A stretch of DNA of 64,000 nt from IMG/VR virus record IMGVR_UViG_3300021962_000022. One strand, written 5' to 3'. The stretch comes from a virus. Lineage: Duplodnaviria > Caudoviricetes. The notes below the pieces were generated by a model, which searched no databases, had not been told where the DNA came from, and saw only the letters and a program-made list of their open reading frames with translations. Position 1 is the first letter of the stretch, and each line of letters opens with the position of its first letter. Made by a program: the position numbers and the translations under genes. This document shows, piece by piece, positions 19,218 to 28,982 of this stretch.

Positions 19218-20411
19218 CTAATTTTTTTTTTCTTCCTCATTGGGAAGTTCTTCTATTGGTTCGTCAATAACTTGTAGTTCTTCCACAACTTGTGGTTCAT
19301 CGATAACAGGTTCTTCGTTGTGTAAAGATATCTCTTCAGTGTATTCTTGTACCTCCGTTGGTGTTACAATTGTTTCTTCAACAATATGTTCTTCCTCAAC
19401 AACTTGAATTTCTTCTATTGGTTGCTGTGGTTCAACAACTTGTGGTTCTTCAATGACTTCAGGTTCATTGACCACTAACACCTGCTCAGGTTGTGGTTCT
19501 TCTATAACTTGTAGTTCATCAATAACAGGTTGTGGTTCTTCGATAATTTGAGGTTCCTCTATTACTTGTGGCTCTTCAACAATCTGTGGTTCTTCGATAA
19601 TTTGAGGTTCCTCTATTACTTGTGGCTCTTCAACAATCTGTGGTTCTTCAACGGGTTGAGGTTCCTCTATTACTTGTGGTTTTGAATCGTTATTTATTAA
19701 ATGGTCCTCAATCAAAAAAACATCATCAATTTCATTTTTATCCTCTTCTTCAGTAATTTCAGGTTCATTATCTTTAGGTTGTATATTTCTGTTAAGGTAC
19801 TTCTCAAGTAAATCTAAATCTTCCTGTTTTAATCTCACTCGAGAAACTTCACCCACAATATCTTTAGCGTCTACAACCGGTGTTTCTTCACCAACGGGTT
19901 CGGGAGATTCTTTCACCACAGGTATTTCCCCTACATTAGTGTTTTTTTCAGTCTGTGTGAATTTCACTAACATGTGTAAGAATGAAAGCGATATAATTGG
20001 TAACATACCTCCAGCGAAAAACGCTAAGAATCTCTTATGACCAACCATATCTGCAGGGTCAACACCAATGTATTCTAAGAGTGGTGAAACTAACTCAACC
20101 CAAGAGATAAACGCTTGACTTGTTATGTCTATATAAGAATACGCAAAATAAATGTTACCAATAAATTGAATCAAGGTAACAATACCAAATGGGAAGTAAA
20201 CTTTTTTTCCCATATCGGCAGAAATGGCAGCAAGTGCCGATAATGCGGCAATCTCAATACCGATTGAAAGGTAAATTGCCCAACTCAATGGGTTTGAAAT
20301 ACCATACCATTTAGTTACGTGTGAAATTGAAACTAATGCAACAGTTACAATCGGAATTAAAAACGCAGATATTATTAATGTTTTATAATTTTTACTGAAC
20401 CAATTTTTCAT
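19218..20411 (-). CDS. Multi-pass membrane protein with acidic (IEEPQV) low-complexity tail; possible -1 frameshift extension to 19069
   Basis: About 4 hydrophobic segments in the first 150 aa; EEPQ(V/I) repeats at 19430-19680; ends in an A10 run. Confidence 0.75.
   Translation of the reverse strand: MKNWFSKNYKTLIISAFLIPIVTVALVSISHVTKWYGISNPLSWAIYLSIGIEIAALSALAAISADMGKKVYFPFGIVTLIQFIGNIYFAYSYIDITSQAFISWVELVSPLLEYIGVDPADMVGHKRFLAFFAGGMLPIISLSFLHMLVKFTQTEKNTNVGEIPVVKESPEPVGEETPVVDAKDIVGEVSRVRLKQEDLDLLEKYLNRNIQPKDNEPEITEEEDKNEIDDVFLIEDHLINNDSKPQVIEEPQPVEEPQIVEEPQVIEEPQIIEEPQIVEEPQVIEEPQIIEEPQPVIDELQVIEEPQPEQVLVVNEPEVIEEPQVVEPQQPIEEIQVVEEEHIVEETIVTPTEVQEYTEEISLHNEEPVIDEPQVVEELQVIDEPIEELPNEEEKKN
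19222..19231 (-). other. A10 slippery run, candidate recoding site
   Basis: GAA AAA AAA AAT TAG in frame 0; the -1 frame stays open for 50 codons to TAG at 19069-19071. Confidence 0.55.
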
Positions 20412-20695
20412 TTAATACTATTTTCCAACTTTGTTATTTCATTGTCAATTTGTGTTTGACGAGTTACGTCTAATATTTTTCTATCAGTCGCTTGAATCAT
20501 TCTTTTTTCAGATTTCAATCCTTCAATTCTCAATCTAACATCCATTTCTTCTTTTGTGTAAGTTGAGTCTTTGATTGATTCAATTTCTTTTCTCATTTTT
20601 GAGAGTTCTCTTCCGTCACCGCAACTTTTGAATAAACCTAAAAGTGCAATAACTAAAACGATAATTGTGAAATTTTTTTGAATAAAATTTTTCAT
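20408..20695 (-). CDS. Putative lipoprotein / membrane-anchored coiled-coil protein
   Basis: Basic N-terminus, hydrophobic stretch, LFKS-C lipobox-like site; preceded by the TATTTAT motif. Confidence 0.55.
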   Translation of the reverse strand: MKNFIQKNFTIIVLVIALLGLFKSCGDGRELSKMRKEIESIKDSTYTKEEMDVRLRIEGLKSEKRMIQATDRKILDVTRQTQIDNEITKLENSIK

Positions 20696-20708
20696 GTCTT
20701 TTTTTTAT

Positions 20709-21521
20709 TTATAAATAGTTTAATAATCCGTAACTGTCGTTACGCAATTTCTTTAAAGCCTTATCACGTAGTTGTCTAATCCTCTCTTTAGTACAACCAA
20801 ACTCATCACCTAAATCCTCCAAGTTCATCTCAATACCATTTAACCCGTAAGATTTTTCAATAATTACTTTTTCCCTGTCATCTAATATCGACAACATCAT
20901 TGATACTCTTTTCTTGATTTCCTCAGCTGTGTTTAAGATATCTTCAGGGTTATCAGCGTTTACATTTATGATTGTGTCAATAAGTTGGTCTCCTTCTTCA
21001 TTAATCTCATCATTAAGGTTTACACAGTGAGGTAGAACAATTTCTGAACCATTGTCTTCATAGTTGATGAAGAATTGGTCGTCAGCAATTATTTGTTCAT
21101 TTTTTCTCCTCTTTTGATTTTCCTGAATGATGTTAGATGGTAAACGTATCATCCTTGAATTTTCATTCAATGATGCCATGATAGATTGTTTTACCCACCA
21201 AACAGCATAAGAAATAAATTTGTACCCACTGTTTGGGTCAAATCTTTCGGCTGCACGAATAAGTCCGATGTTACCCTCTGAAATCAAGTCAATCAAATCC
21301 ATACCATTATTTTGATAGGACTTAGCGACAGTGATTACGAAACGTAGATTTCCAACTACGAGTTCGTTAAGTAAATCTTCTTTTTGTTTCTTCGGGAGAT
21401 TCTTATTTTTTAGCTGTTCAAAGATTTCATCCTGTCTTTGGTGGGTGATTACCTTTATTTTGCGGATGTCCTTGATGTAGTTCTGAATTTCTTCAGTGTT
21501 GATTAGTAATGTTTTGGCCAT
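20709..21521 (-). CDS. Sigma-70 family RNA polymerase sigma factor (RpoD/RpoS-like, regions 1.2-4)
   Basis: NLRFVITVAKSY, DLISEGNIGLIRAAERFD, FISYAVWW, IRLP, region 4.2 TKERIRQ. Confidence 0.93.
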   Translation of the reverse strand: MAKTLLINTEEIQNYIKDIRKIKVITHQRQDEIFEQLKNKNLPKKQKEDLLNELVVGNLRFVITVAKSYQNNGMDLIDLISEGNIGLIRAAERFDPNSGYKFISYAVWWVKQSIMASLNENSRMIRLPSNIIQENQKRRKNEQIIADDQFFINYEDNGSEIVLPHCVNLNDEINEEGDQLIDTIINVNADNPEDILNTAEEIKKRVSMMLSILDDREKVIIEKSYGLNGIEMNLEDLGDEFGCTKERIRQLRDKALKKLRNDSYGLLNYL

Positions 21522-21565
21522 GAATGTTCGGTTTGTTGTTCATGGGTAAAAATAAGGAAAAAATT

Positions 21566-22027
21566 TCAATTTTCAAAGCTATCCAAAAACTTTTTTTCGT
21601 CAGGTGTTAAACTTTCCAATCCTTGTTGTTCTATTTTTTCTAAAATATTGTCGAGGTCCATGGTTTCATCGGGCTCCCCGTTTTTACCCTTCTTTTCGTA
21701 TTCTAATCTTAGAGAACTGTGTTCCTCACTTGGTTTGAACATGAAGTCCTTCATCTGTATTGGTAGATTTGCGCTGTATATACTTTCTCTTTCAAAAAGG
21801 AAATAAAATTTTACATCCTCCATAGAAATGATATTGTGCAATTCTTCAGAAAGTTCTTTTCTTGTAGATTCAGATTCAAATATAACAATTATACTTTTAG
21901 ATGTATCTTCAATCACAAACCTAACCTTTGAAACCTTGGGGCTAACACCAAGAACTTCCAAACAAAAAAATTCAATGTCTTCGTGGTCTTCGAAATTGGC
22001 AAATAAAAATAAAAGATATGTCTTCAT
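21566..22027 (-). CDS. Hypothetical protein
   Basis: 153 aa; C-terminal LDNILEKIEQQGLESLTPDEKKFL helix pair. Confidence 0.6.
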   Translation of the reverse strand: MKTYLLFLFANFEDHEDIEFFCLEVLGVSPKVSKVRFVIEDTSKSIIVIFESESTRKELSEELHNIISMEDVKFYFLFERESIYSANLPIQMKDFMFKPSEEHSSLRLEYEKKGKNGEPDETMDLDNILEKIEQQGLESLTPDEKKFLDSFEN

Positions 22028-22036
22028 TAAATAAAA

Positions 22037-22465
22037 TTACTGTATTAGTAAAAATACGGATAATATCGCAATTAGTCCACCCCCTACGAAATTTTTAAAC
22101 TTGTTTTTTACCTTTTCTTTCTTGAGTTGTGTTTCCAAGTTTTTAGTGTGGTTTTCTAAGACCTGATATTTCTCATCTTGGGATTTAATTATCGTCAAGT
22201 AATTTTCTTCTTTCTTTTGCATTGTAACAATTACACTGTCCTTCAAAGAAACTTTTTCTTCTAACTTGATGATTTGTTCGTTCGTTAATTTAAGTTCTGC
22301 CATTGCAGAATCTCCCTTTAATAAATCTTTAGCAATAGATTTAAATGTTGAAACCGGTAAACATTTTACAGGTTCAGGAGTATTATTCTTTTTACTTGTA
22401 TCTGTCTGAGAAAAAGCTATCAAGCTCTGGCTCAGTAAAATTAGAAACACGATTAATTTTTTCAT
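22037..22465 (-). CDS. Exported coiled-coil protein with signal peptide and C-terminal membrane anchor
   Basis: MKKLIVFLILLSQSLIAFS signal peptide; heptad-rich middle; hydrophobic C-terminus. Confidence 0.6.
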   Translation of the reverse strand: MKKLIVFLILLSQSLIAFSQTDTSKKNNTPEPVKCLPVSTFKSIAKDLLKGDSAMAELKLTNEQIIKLEEKVSLKDSVIVTMQKKEENYLTIIKSQDEKYQVLENHTKNLETQLKKEKVKNKFKNFVGGGLIAILSVFLLIQ

Positions 22466-22784
22466 GATATATTTCTTTAACGATTGTCTTTTGATTTTTT
22501 ATTTTATCGATGCCATTATCCACCTCAATGATTTCCTTATTCAAGTCATCTATTTTGTCATCTAATAATTCTTGTTCCTTATACATCGTATTGATAACAA
22601 CATTCAATGAATCAATCTTAGCCCTATCTTCGGGTGACATCCCAACTTTTGGTGTTAGAATAAACATCATCCAATATAGAATGAAAAGACCGAATAAAAA
22701 TCCAAAAATAATTTTATAATTTGTTTTTACAAATTCAACAATCTTATTACTATTTTCTTTTGCGTTTATAAGTCTTTGGTCCAT
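22392..22784 (-). CDS. N-terminally anchored coiled-coil membrane protein
   Basis: TM segment at aa ~25-45, then coiled coil; overlaps the next gene by 74 nt; preceded by TATTTAT. Confidence 0.6.
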   Translation of the reverse strand: MDQRLINAKENSNKIVEFVKTNYKIIFGFLFGLFILYWMMFILTPKVGMSPEDRAKIDSLNVVINTMYKEQELLDDKIDDLNKEIIEVDNGIDKIKNQKTIVKEIYHEKINRVSNFTEPELDSFFSDRYK

Positions 22785-22805
22785 ATAAATAAATATAGGT
22801 ATTCA

Positions 22806-23480
22806 TTATTTTTTCTTTCTGATTATTTCGTCGATAATCCCATAATTTAGGGCATCTTCAGATGATAACCATAAATCTCTCGAAGCATCTTCCATAACAA
22901 CTTCAGATGGTTTGTTACAGTATTCACCCAATAAGTCAAACAACAATTTATTCAATTTCTCCCATTCTTTCATATTGATTTTAGCGTCCTGAATGTTACC
23001 TTCGAATCCACCTGATGACTGATGTAACATTGTTCTACTAAATCTAAGTGAACATCTTTTTCCCTTGGTACCCGCACCAAGAAGAACAGAACCCATAGAA
23101 GCTGCCATACCTGTATTAATGGTTCTTATGTCTGAGTTTATGTAATCCATTACGTCAACCATAGATAGTCCACTCTTAACCGAACCACCTGGACTATCAA
23201 TGTGCATCGTGATATCTGTATTGTCGAGACTGTCTAAAAACATGAGTTGAGCTTGAACCACGGTAGACATGTTGTCATTTACCACACCAGCAACCCATAT
23301 AATCCTTTCCATCATCAATCGAGAAAAAACGTCCATGACCGTAACGTTCATTTGTCTTTCTTCTAAGATGTATGGAGTTAGACTATCCTCAACTTGTTTG
23401 TTGTAGTGGTGTAAATTCAACCCACTAATACCTTTGTCCTTCGCGAACAAACCAAAATCTTTATATAATTTAGAGCTCAT
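22806..23480 (-). CDS. clpP: ATP-dependent Clp protease proteolytic subunit
   Basis: VFSRLMMERII, IDSPGGSV, GMAASMG (catalytic Ser), MLHQ (catalytic His). Confidence 0.93.
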   Translation of the reverse strand: MSSKLYKDFGLFAKDKGISGLNLHHYNKQVEDSLTPYILEERQMNVTVMDVFSRLMMERIIWVAGVVNDNMSTVVQAQLMFLDSLDNTDITMHIDSPGGSVKSGLSMVDVMDYINSDIRTINTGMAASMGSVLLGAGTKGKRCSLRFSRTMLHQSSGGFEGNIQDAKINMKEWEKLNKLLFDLLGEYCNKPSEVVMEDASRDLWLSSEDALNYGIIDEIIRKKK

Positions 23481-23518
23481 ATTGTTAATTTGTTTAAATC
23501 TAAGAAATAAAATTGATA

Positions 23519-25864
23519 TTACGAAATTTTAGGTGTGACAAAATCCACAGAACTTATGTTGTTCTCTTTTTTAACCATAACCAAGTTATCAGACCAGTTT
23601 CTGATTAAAGGGTTGTGTGATATTACAAAAATGTGTTCGAAGTAGTCTTTGATTTTCTTAAAGAATTCACCAACCATTTCTAAATTTTCATCAGCAATTT
23701 TACCAAATACCTCATCCATCACAACGATGTTTGGTTTAGGTAATGATGATATTTTAGTAAGTACACTTCTCAAAGCCAAAGACGATATAGTTCTTTCATA
23801 TCCTGAACCCGAAGCGAGAGGTTTAACTACCCTTGTTTCCGTGTCAATCATAATGAACTCAACTTCATTCCTTTCATTTATATTAAGTTCTAAGATGAAA
23901 TGACAACTATCCACCAACAACCTATATAACTCTTGATTTATTAATGGTACCATGTTTTTCAAAATAACTTTTGAGATACCGTTTTTACCAAAAACTGTTA
24001 GGTATACCTTAAAAATAGATTGTGTTTCGTTTTCAACCTTTATCTTGCGAATCAACTCTTTGTTTGTTTCAATTTTTTCTAAGAGTGTTTGGTTTTGATT
24101 TTTCAAACGCTCCACACCACTTGAAAAAGTTCTGATGTTAGCGTTTAAGGTCTCAATTTGCGACCTTAAACCAATTAACTCTCCATCTATTTTTTGGTTC
24201 TCATCTAACTTTTGTTTGTTGCGGTCAAAATTATCAAGTTTGACTTGTAACTTATCGATTTCCAACGTTTTTTGTTCTGACTCTAAATCGTATTTAGTTT
24301 TACGAAGTTTGTTTTTTTCGTATTCGTCAAATTCTTTCTTTAGATTGGAGTATACTTTCTCAGATTCAGTTAAATCATCGTATTTTTTTCTATTTGCAAT
24401 CTGAATATCTTTAATAGACGTAACTAAATCTTTTAATTTTTGAATCTCACCGCTGTGGTCAACGTCCTCTAATGCTCTGTTACAAGTTGGACATATTTGA
24501 CCATCCTCCAATTGTTTAATTAACTTCTCGTTTCTCTCAATTGATTCCGCGTTAACCCTACCTTCAACAATAAAACCATTCATTTCGTCCTTTAATGTTT
24601 GGTGTTCATCCTCTAAATAATATTTGGATGGTTCTTTAACATCAACCGACTTTGAGTTTTCAATTGCAAGTTGCTTTTGTTTATTTAACTTGTCAATATC
24701 ATATTTTATTTGGTCGACATTGGTTCGTATTAAATCTTGGTCAATGTCCGTATTTCTTTTTGATAACAATTCATCTCTTTTATTTTCGGAAGCCTTTAAG
24801 GTAGTTTGTGATTTTTGTGTTTCACTTTCCAATCTCAATATTTCCAATTTGTTTTCCTCAATACCCTCTTGAAACGAAGTATTTTCAGTCTCTAAATCAT
24901 TTATATTATATTGATTTGAAATTAATTTTTTACTCCATTCACTCTGAATTGTTTTACAAATTTCTTCCTTCTCTTTTAGAATTTCTAATCCTAAAAATTT
25001 CGTTAGTATTAATCCTCGAGCCGTTGGTTTAGATTCAATTAATTCTTCTAAATTATAGCCGGTTGTAAGGATAGTAGAAAGGAAATCTTCCTCAGTTCCG
25101 ATTGCCTTAGTTATGAAATCTTCGGTCTCTCTACGTTGTTCACCCGTTAGGTTTTCAACGGTACCGTCTTGATTTACTTTGTAAAATTCTAATTTATTGG
25201 TGACATTATAGTCCCCACTTTTTGTCTTTTTACGAAAACTTGACCTTTCAATTACATACTCCTCATTATCGATTGTAATGTAACCCTTAACCCTAACCTC
25301 GTCATTATCACTAAATCTGTTGAATATCTCTGAATTGGTTTTAGTTTTTGTTGTTTTATTGAAAAACAAATACATCATTAAATCAACTGTAGCTGTTGAC
25401 TTACCACCAAAATTTTTGGGTGTTGATTCTACAACAGTAATGCCGGGTAAATTAGTAAAATCAATTTCATTATTTTCACCGTAGGAAAGAAAATTAGAAA
25501 ATTCAACCTTTTTAATGTACCATTTGGTGTATTTTATTCTGTCTCCATTTTTACGTATAAATTCTTCATTTACTTTGTTGTCGAGATTATACAGTCTATC
25601 CAAAGAAACGTTGATTTCATTTTCCTCAACGAAATCCTTCATTAATGTTTTTTGGTATTGGAAATCAGATATGTTCTCGGTTATATCTAACGACGCCAGT
25701 TTGGTTTGGTCCTCGTTTGTGATAACCTTGGTAATGAGTTGAACATACTTTGTATTATATTTTTTTTGGAAATATGACTTAACTCTGTTTAATTTTTCAG
25801 GTGTAAAATTTTCATGAGTATCCTGCCATGTTACTTTGATGTACGGATTTTTAAAGTCCGTCAT
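23519..25864 (-). CDS. SbcC/Rad50 (T4 gp46-like) ATPase with N-terminal extension
   Basis: FSNFLSYG, Walker A NFGGKST, long coiled coil with CPTC zinc hook, ASGSGYE signature, MDEVFG, VISH; start set at ATG 25864 (ATGA overlap). Confidence 0.9.
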   Translation of the reverse strand: MTDFKNPYIKVTWQDTHENFTPEKLNRVKSYFQKKYNTKYVQLITKVITNEDQTKLASLDITENISDFQYQKTLMKDFVEENEINVSLDRLYNLDNKVNEEFIRKNGDRIKYTKWYIKKVEFSNFLSYGENNEIDFTNLPGITVVESTPKNFGGKSTATVDLMMYLFFNKTTKTKTNSEIFNRFSDNDEVRVKGYITIDNEEYVIERSSFRKKTKSGDYNVTNKLEFYKVNQDGTVENLTGEQRRETEDFITKAIGTEEDFLSTILTTGYNLEELIESKPTARGLILTKFLGLEILKEKEEICKTIQSEWSKKLISNQYNINDLETENTSFQEGIEENKLEILRLESETQKSQTTLKASENKRDELLSKRNTDIDQDLIRTNVDQIKYDIDKLNKQKQLAIENSKSVDVKEPSKYYLEDEHQTLKDEMNGFIVEGRVNAESIERNEKLIKQLEDGQICPTCNRALEDVDHSGEIQKLKDLVTSIKDIQIANRKKYDDLTESEKVYSNLKKEFDEYEKNKLRKTKYDLESEQKTLEIDKLQVKLDNFDRNKQKLDENQKIDGELIGLRSQIETLNANIRTFSSGVERLKNQNQTLLEKIETNKELIRKIKVENETQSIFKVYLTVFGKNGISKVILKNMVPLINQELYRLLVDSCHFILELNINERNEVEFIMIDTETRVVKPLASGSGYERTISSLALRSVLTKISSLPKPNIVVMDEVFGKIADENLEMVGEFFKKIKDYFEHIFVISHNPLIRNWSDNLVMVKKENNISSVDFVTPKIS

Positions 25865-26367
25865 TTTTTTCTTTGTAGTATCCATTTGTTGTTCTTTAGA
25901 TTATAGGTTTGAACGTGTTCTTTTCTAAATGACATCCACTTCTCAATCTCCTCACTATTGTTTGGTTTAAATTCTGTGAAAAGTATTTTGTTTTTATTCT
26001 TTATTGATGTTGGTTTTATTAGTATAACTTGAGTGAAGTCCCTATTTGTCCTAAGAAACCAATGTTTGTTTTTGTTAGGTACCAGTGAATCTCCAACTTT
26101 ATCATACCAATATTTTGATTTACGTATTGGTATGTTAACAGTCCTAAACTCTTCCCCACTTATAAAAGAATACTCATTTTCCCAAAAATCACCAATCCAA
26201 CCACCTCTTTCCAATTCTACACCAAATGAATTATCATCGATGCAAATTAAATCAATTGCTCTCAAATTTGGATGTGATTCGAATAAAATGTTAAAAACTT
26301 CTTTTATAAAAATCTTCGCAAAGTTTCTTACTTCGGTGTCATCGAAATTTCTTTTTATATAACCCAT
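25861..26367 (-). CDS. Hypothetical basic protein, possibly a PD-(D/E)XK-type nuclease
   Basis: IDLICID...GVELE acidic pattern; weak resemblance only. Confidence 0.4.
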   Translation of the reverse strand: MGYIKRNFDDTEVRNFAKIFIKEVFNILFESHPNLRAIDLICIDDNSFGVELERGGWIGDFWENEYSFISGEEFRTVNIPIRKSKYWYDKVGDSLVPNKNKHWFLRTNRDFTQVILIKPTSIKNKNKILFTEFKPNNSEEIEKWMSFRKEHVQTYNLKNNKWILQRKK

Positions 26368-26395
26368 TTAAAATTTTTGAACTACCCATACGGGT

Positions 26396-26740
26396 TTATT
26401 TGTTGAATCTATTCTCTTCGAAAAATTCAACTATAGAGTTTATTGCCCAAACACTTCCGGCAGTAAACATACCGTCAAAAAATATTGATGGTAACCAATG
26501 CATTCCGAATTGTGATGTCAATCCACCAATACAGATTGAAAAGAAAAATCCAACCCATGTCGATGTACACAACATGCAACTTATTAATCCTGAAATAAAT
26601 TTTCCTAATCCTTGAAAAGGGGCGAAATCATTTTGTCCCCAACGGTGAATGGAATCTCTGACCGAATCAAAAATTGAACCGTAAACAATAATTGTGCTCA
26701 TTCCATAAGCAGCCATAATCCAAATAAAAACGTTTGTCAT
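26396..26740 (-). CDS. DUF1360-like membrane protein
   Basis: LISCMLCTSTWVG CxxC-x3-W motif between hydrophobic helices. Confidence 0.6.
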   Translation of the reverse strand: MTNVFIWIMAAYGMSTIIVYGSIFDSVRDSIHRWGQNDFAPFQGLGKFISGLISCMLCTSTWVGFFFSICIGGLTSQFGMHWLPSIFFDGMFTAGSVWAINSIVEFFEENRFNK

Positions 26741-26788
26741 TTGTTAATGTATTTTATAAAATATAGGAAAAAAAAATCAATAAAAAAA

Positions 26789-27361
26789 TTATTCATCATA
26801 TAAAGACGACAAGTTACTATCTTTCATTAGTTTGCCCTTTTTACCTAAACCTTCAAGCGATTTTGTAATCGTATTTAGTTCGTCTTTTAATTTTTGGTTT
26901 TCTTCTTTTAATTGAGTAATCTCATCATCTTTAATTTTTAGGTCTTTTTGGAAAATATTTTCCATTTCTTGGGTTTTAGTGGAAAATTTTCTCTTTTCCT
27001 CCTCAAATTCTTGTTTTTGCTGGAAAATTTTTTGCTCGGTCTCCTCTTCATTGGTTATGTATACAACCTTTTCAACCGGCACTTCTTTAATTACCTCAAC
27101 AACTTTTTCAATCGGTACTTCTTTGATTACCTCAACCACTTTCTCCACGATTGTCTCAACAGGAATCTCTTTGATTATTTCTTTCTCAATTATCCTTTCT
27201 CTACTGTTAAAACCAGGAGGTGATTCTCCATATTTTGTGATATTAAATCCCGTCCCAAAAACTTTTTTTGCAAATTTTTCGGTGTCGGTTATTTTGTTTA
27301 ATTCACAATATCTTATGAATTCATCATCTAATGTTAAGTAGTTTTTCTGACTCATTTTCAA
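26789..27361 (-). CDS. Coiled-coil protein with EKVVEVIKEVP repeats
   Basis: Tandem (V/I)EKVVEVIKEVP units at ~27050-27190. Confidence 0.65.
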   Translation of the reverse strand: MKMSQKNYLTLDDEFIRYCELNKITDTEKFAKKVFGTGFNITKYGESPPGFNSRERIIEKEIIKEIPVETIVEKVVEVIKEVPIEKVVEVIKEVPVEKVVYITNEEETEQKIFQQKQEFEEEKRKFSTKTQEMENIFQKDLKIKDDEITQLKEENQKLKDELNTITKSLEGLGKKGKLMKDSNLSSLYDE

Positions 27362-28130
27362 TGTCTAATATATCAGATATGGAGAAGTGTAAAAATGGTT
27401 GTTCATTCTCTATATCGTAAGTATGGTACTCATTATTCTCGACATCGTAAATACCATATCCGTGGTAATTAATTGTCTCACCAAAATTTTGTTGAATTAA
27501 CGAACCAATCATCACCGCCTTTCCTCCATTTGGTAACTCAAACATTTGTCTTTTATGAATATCTCCACAGAGTAGAAGGTCCAACCCAACGAAATTTAAA
27601 GGTGAGTATGCGTTCTCAAATTCAAATCCCAAATCGGTTGATAAACCTTGTATTGGTCCATGGAATAACCCCACCTGTAATTTGTTTTCATCCCTTTCAA
27701 AATCCGGTTTTTGATTGTGTTGATACAAAGAGTAAACTACCCAATTAATGTTATCATCCTCATATACACCCGAGTTTTTATAGTATCTAATGTTATCACT
27801 ATCCAACATCTCAACGATTGGGGTGATACTGTCTAAACGACTTACATTATTTTCTAAGAAATCGTGATTACCGGGGATTAAAATAACAGGTCCTAACTTT
27901 TCATTAAGTTGGGTTAAGAACCATGATGTTAACATCATTTGTTCATTTGAAATATTAATTTTTTGATGTGCAATATCACCTGTAATTACAACTCTAACCT
28001 CATTATAGTCATAATCACCAATTCTCTCTTTAACATCATCAATAAACAATTTGAATTGTCTTTTGTACATGTCATGTAACTGAAAAGTTCTGATATGTAA
28101 ATCAGATACGTGTATAATCTTCTTTATCAT
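27324..28130 (-). CDS. SbcD/Mre11 (T4 gp47-like) metallophosphoesterase
   Basis: DLH, GDIAH, GNHD, FHG, GDIH motifs. Confidence 0.9.
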   Translation of the reverse strand: MIKKIIHVSDLHIRTFQLHDMYKRQFKLFIDDVKERIGDYDYNEVRVVITGDIAHQKINISNEQMMLTSWFLTQLNEKLGPVILIPGNHDFLENNVSRLDSITPIVEMLDSDNIRYYKNSGVYEDDNINWVVYSLYQHNQKPDFERDENKLQVGLFHGPIQGLSTDLGFEFENAYSPLNFVGLDLLLCGDIHKRQMFELPNGGKAVMIGSLIQQNFGETINYHGYGIYDVENNEYHTYDIENEQPFLHFSISDILDIENESEKLLNIR

Positions 28131-28981
28131 TTTAAATATTTTTTAACGTCCATTTGTAAAATTGAATTGGTCATGTCAGGTGGTACTTTATACTCGGTAA
28201 ATGTACCATTATCCTTCAAATGTGTAATAACACACCCAAGTAACTTAACATCAGAAAATTTACTACCCTCTAACATCTTTAATAGTAGTTTACCATACAA
28301 TGGTAACTGTATGAAATAATGACTTAAAGCAGTGTCATAATAATTTTCAAACGGATGTAACATTTTTGATGTGTATGAGTGGATTTGAAAACTTTTTTCT
28401 TGGTTTGTCTTCCAATCTGTAACCACTATACCAAAACCATTTTTCATTTTATTCATCATCAACCACATTTTATCTGGTTGACCAACAAAACCTAAAAGTG
28501 GGTCCCCTAAAACCATCTCAGTATCTAATAAAACAGCACCTCTTTCGTGCATCAAGTCAATGAACTCATTACCCGCGGAAATCATATTGTCACCACGAGA
28601 AATTTGTTCATCATCACACTCAAAAATTGGTTGTCTAATCTCTTTGTAGTTCCCATACTTGTCAACCAAATCACTTTCCAACATGTAGTGAACTCTACTA
28701 CCTAAGTTGGTGGAGTAATCTCCCGCCATTTTCCATTTTTCCAATAATAATTTGGTCTCATGTTCATCACCACCAGTCATCTGAGACGCTTTCGTCTCAG
28801 CATCAAATGGGATATAAAAGTTTTTAATCACTTTAGACACGGACGGAAAGTTGTTTCGTAATTTTCCATCAGAATCTCTCATAAAATAAATGTGTTCGTC
28901 TTCATAGAACGTTAATTCTAATTCTTTTTTTCTTTGTTCAACACATTCTCTAATTTCTTGTGCAATTTCTGTTAAATTCAT
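28127..28981 (-). CDS. PD-(D/E)XK exonuclease (RecB/Cas4-like superfamily)
   Basis: PSVSKV, GSRVH, GQPD, DWKT, YFIQLPLY motifs. Confidence 0.8.
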   Translation of the reverse strand: MNLTEIAQEIRECVEQRKKELELTFYEDEHIYFMRDSDGKLRNNFPSVSKVIKNFYIPFDAETKASQMTGGDEHETKLLLEKWKMAGDYSTNLGSRVHYMLESDLVDKYGNYKEIRQPIFECDDEQISRGDNMISAGNEFIDLMHERGAVLLDTEMVLGDPLLGFVGQPDKMWLMMNKMKNGFGIVVTDWKTNQEKSFQIHSYTSKMLHPFENYYDTALSHYFIQLPLYGKLLLKMLEGSKFSDVKLLGCVITHLKDNGTFTEYKVPPDMTNSILQMDVKKYLK

Positions 28982-28982
28982 T

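Noticed and set aside
21493-21543. 16-codon out-of-frame upstream ORF (MNNKPNIHGQNITNQH) overlapping the sigma start
   Set aside because: Short ORFs like this arise easily by chance; no supporting structure or motif
2696-28319. Numerous 60-130-aa ORFs antisense or out of frame to confident genes (e.g. 2696-2878, 6812-7066, 16226-16579, 18003-18392, 26033-26362)
   Set aside because: Fully nested in well-supported CDSs, with no recognisable motifs
28127-28981. Cas4/CRISPR association of the PD-(D/E)XK nuclease
   Set aside because: No Fe-S cysteine cluster, array or other cas genes; the context is recombination/replication
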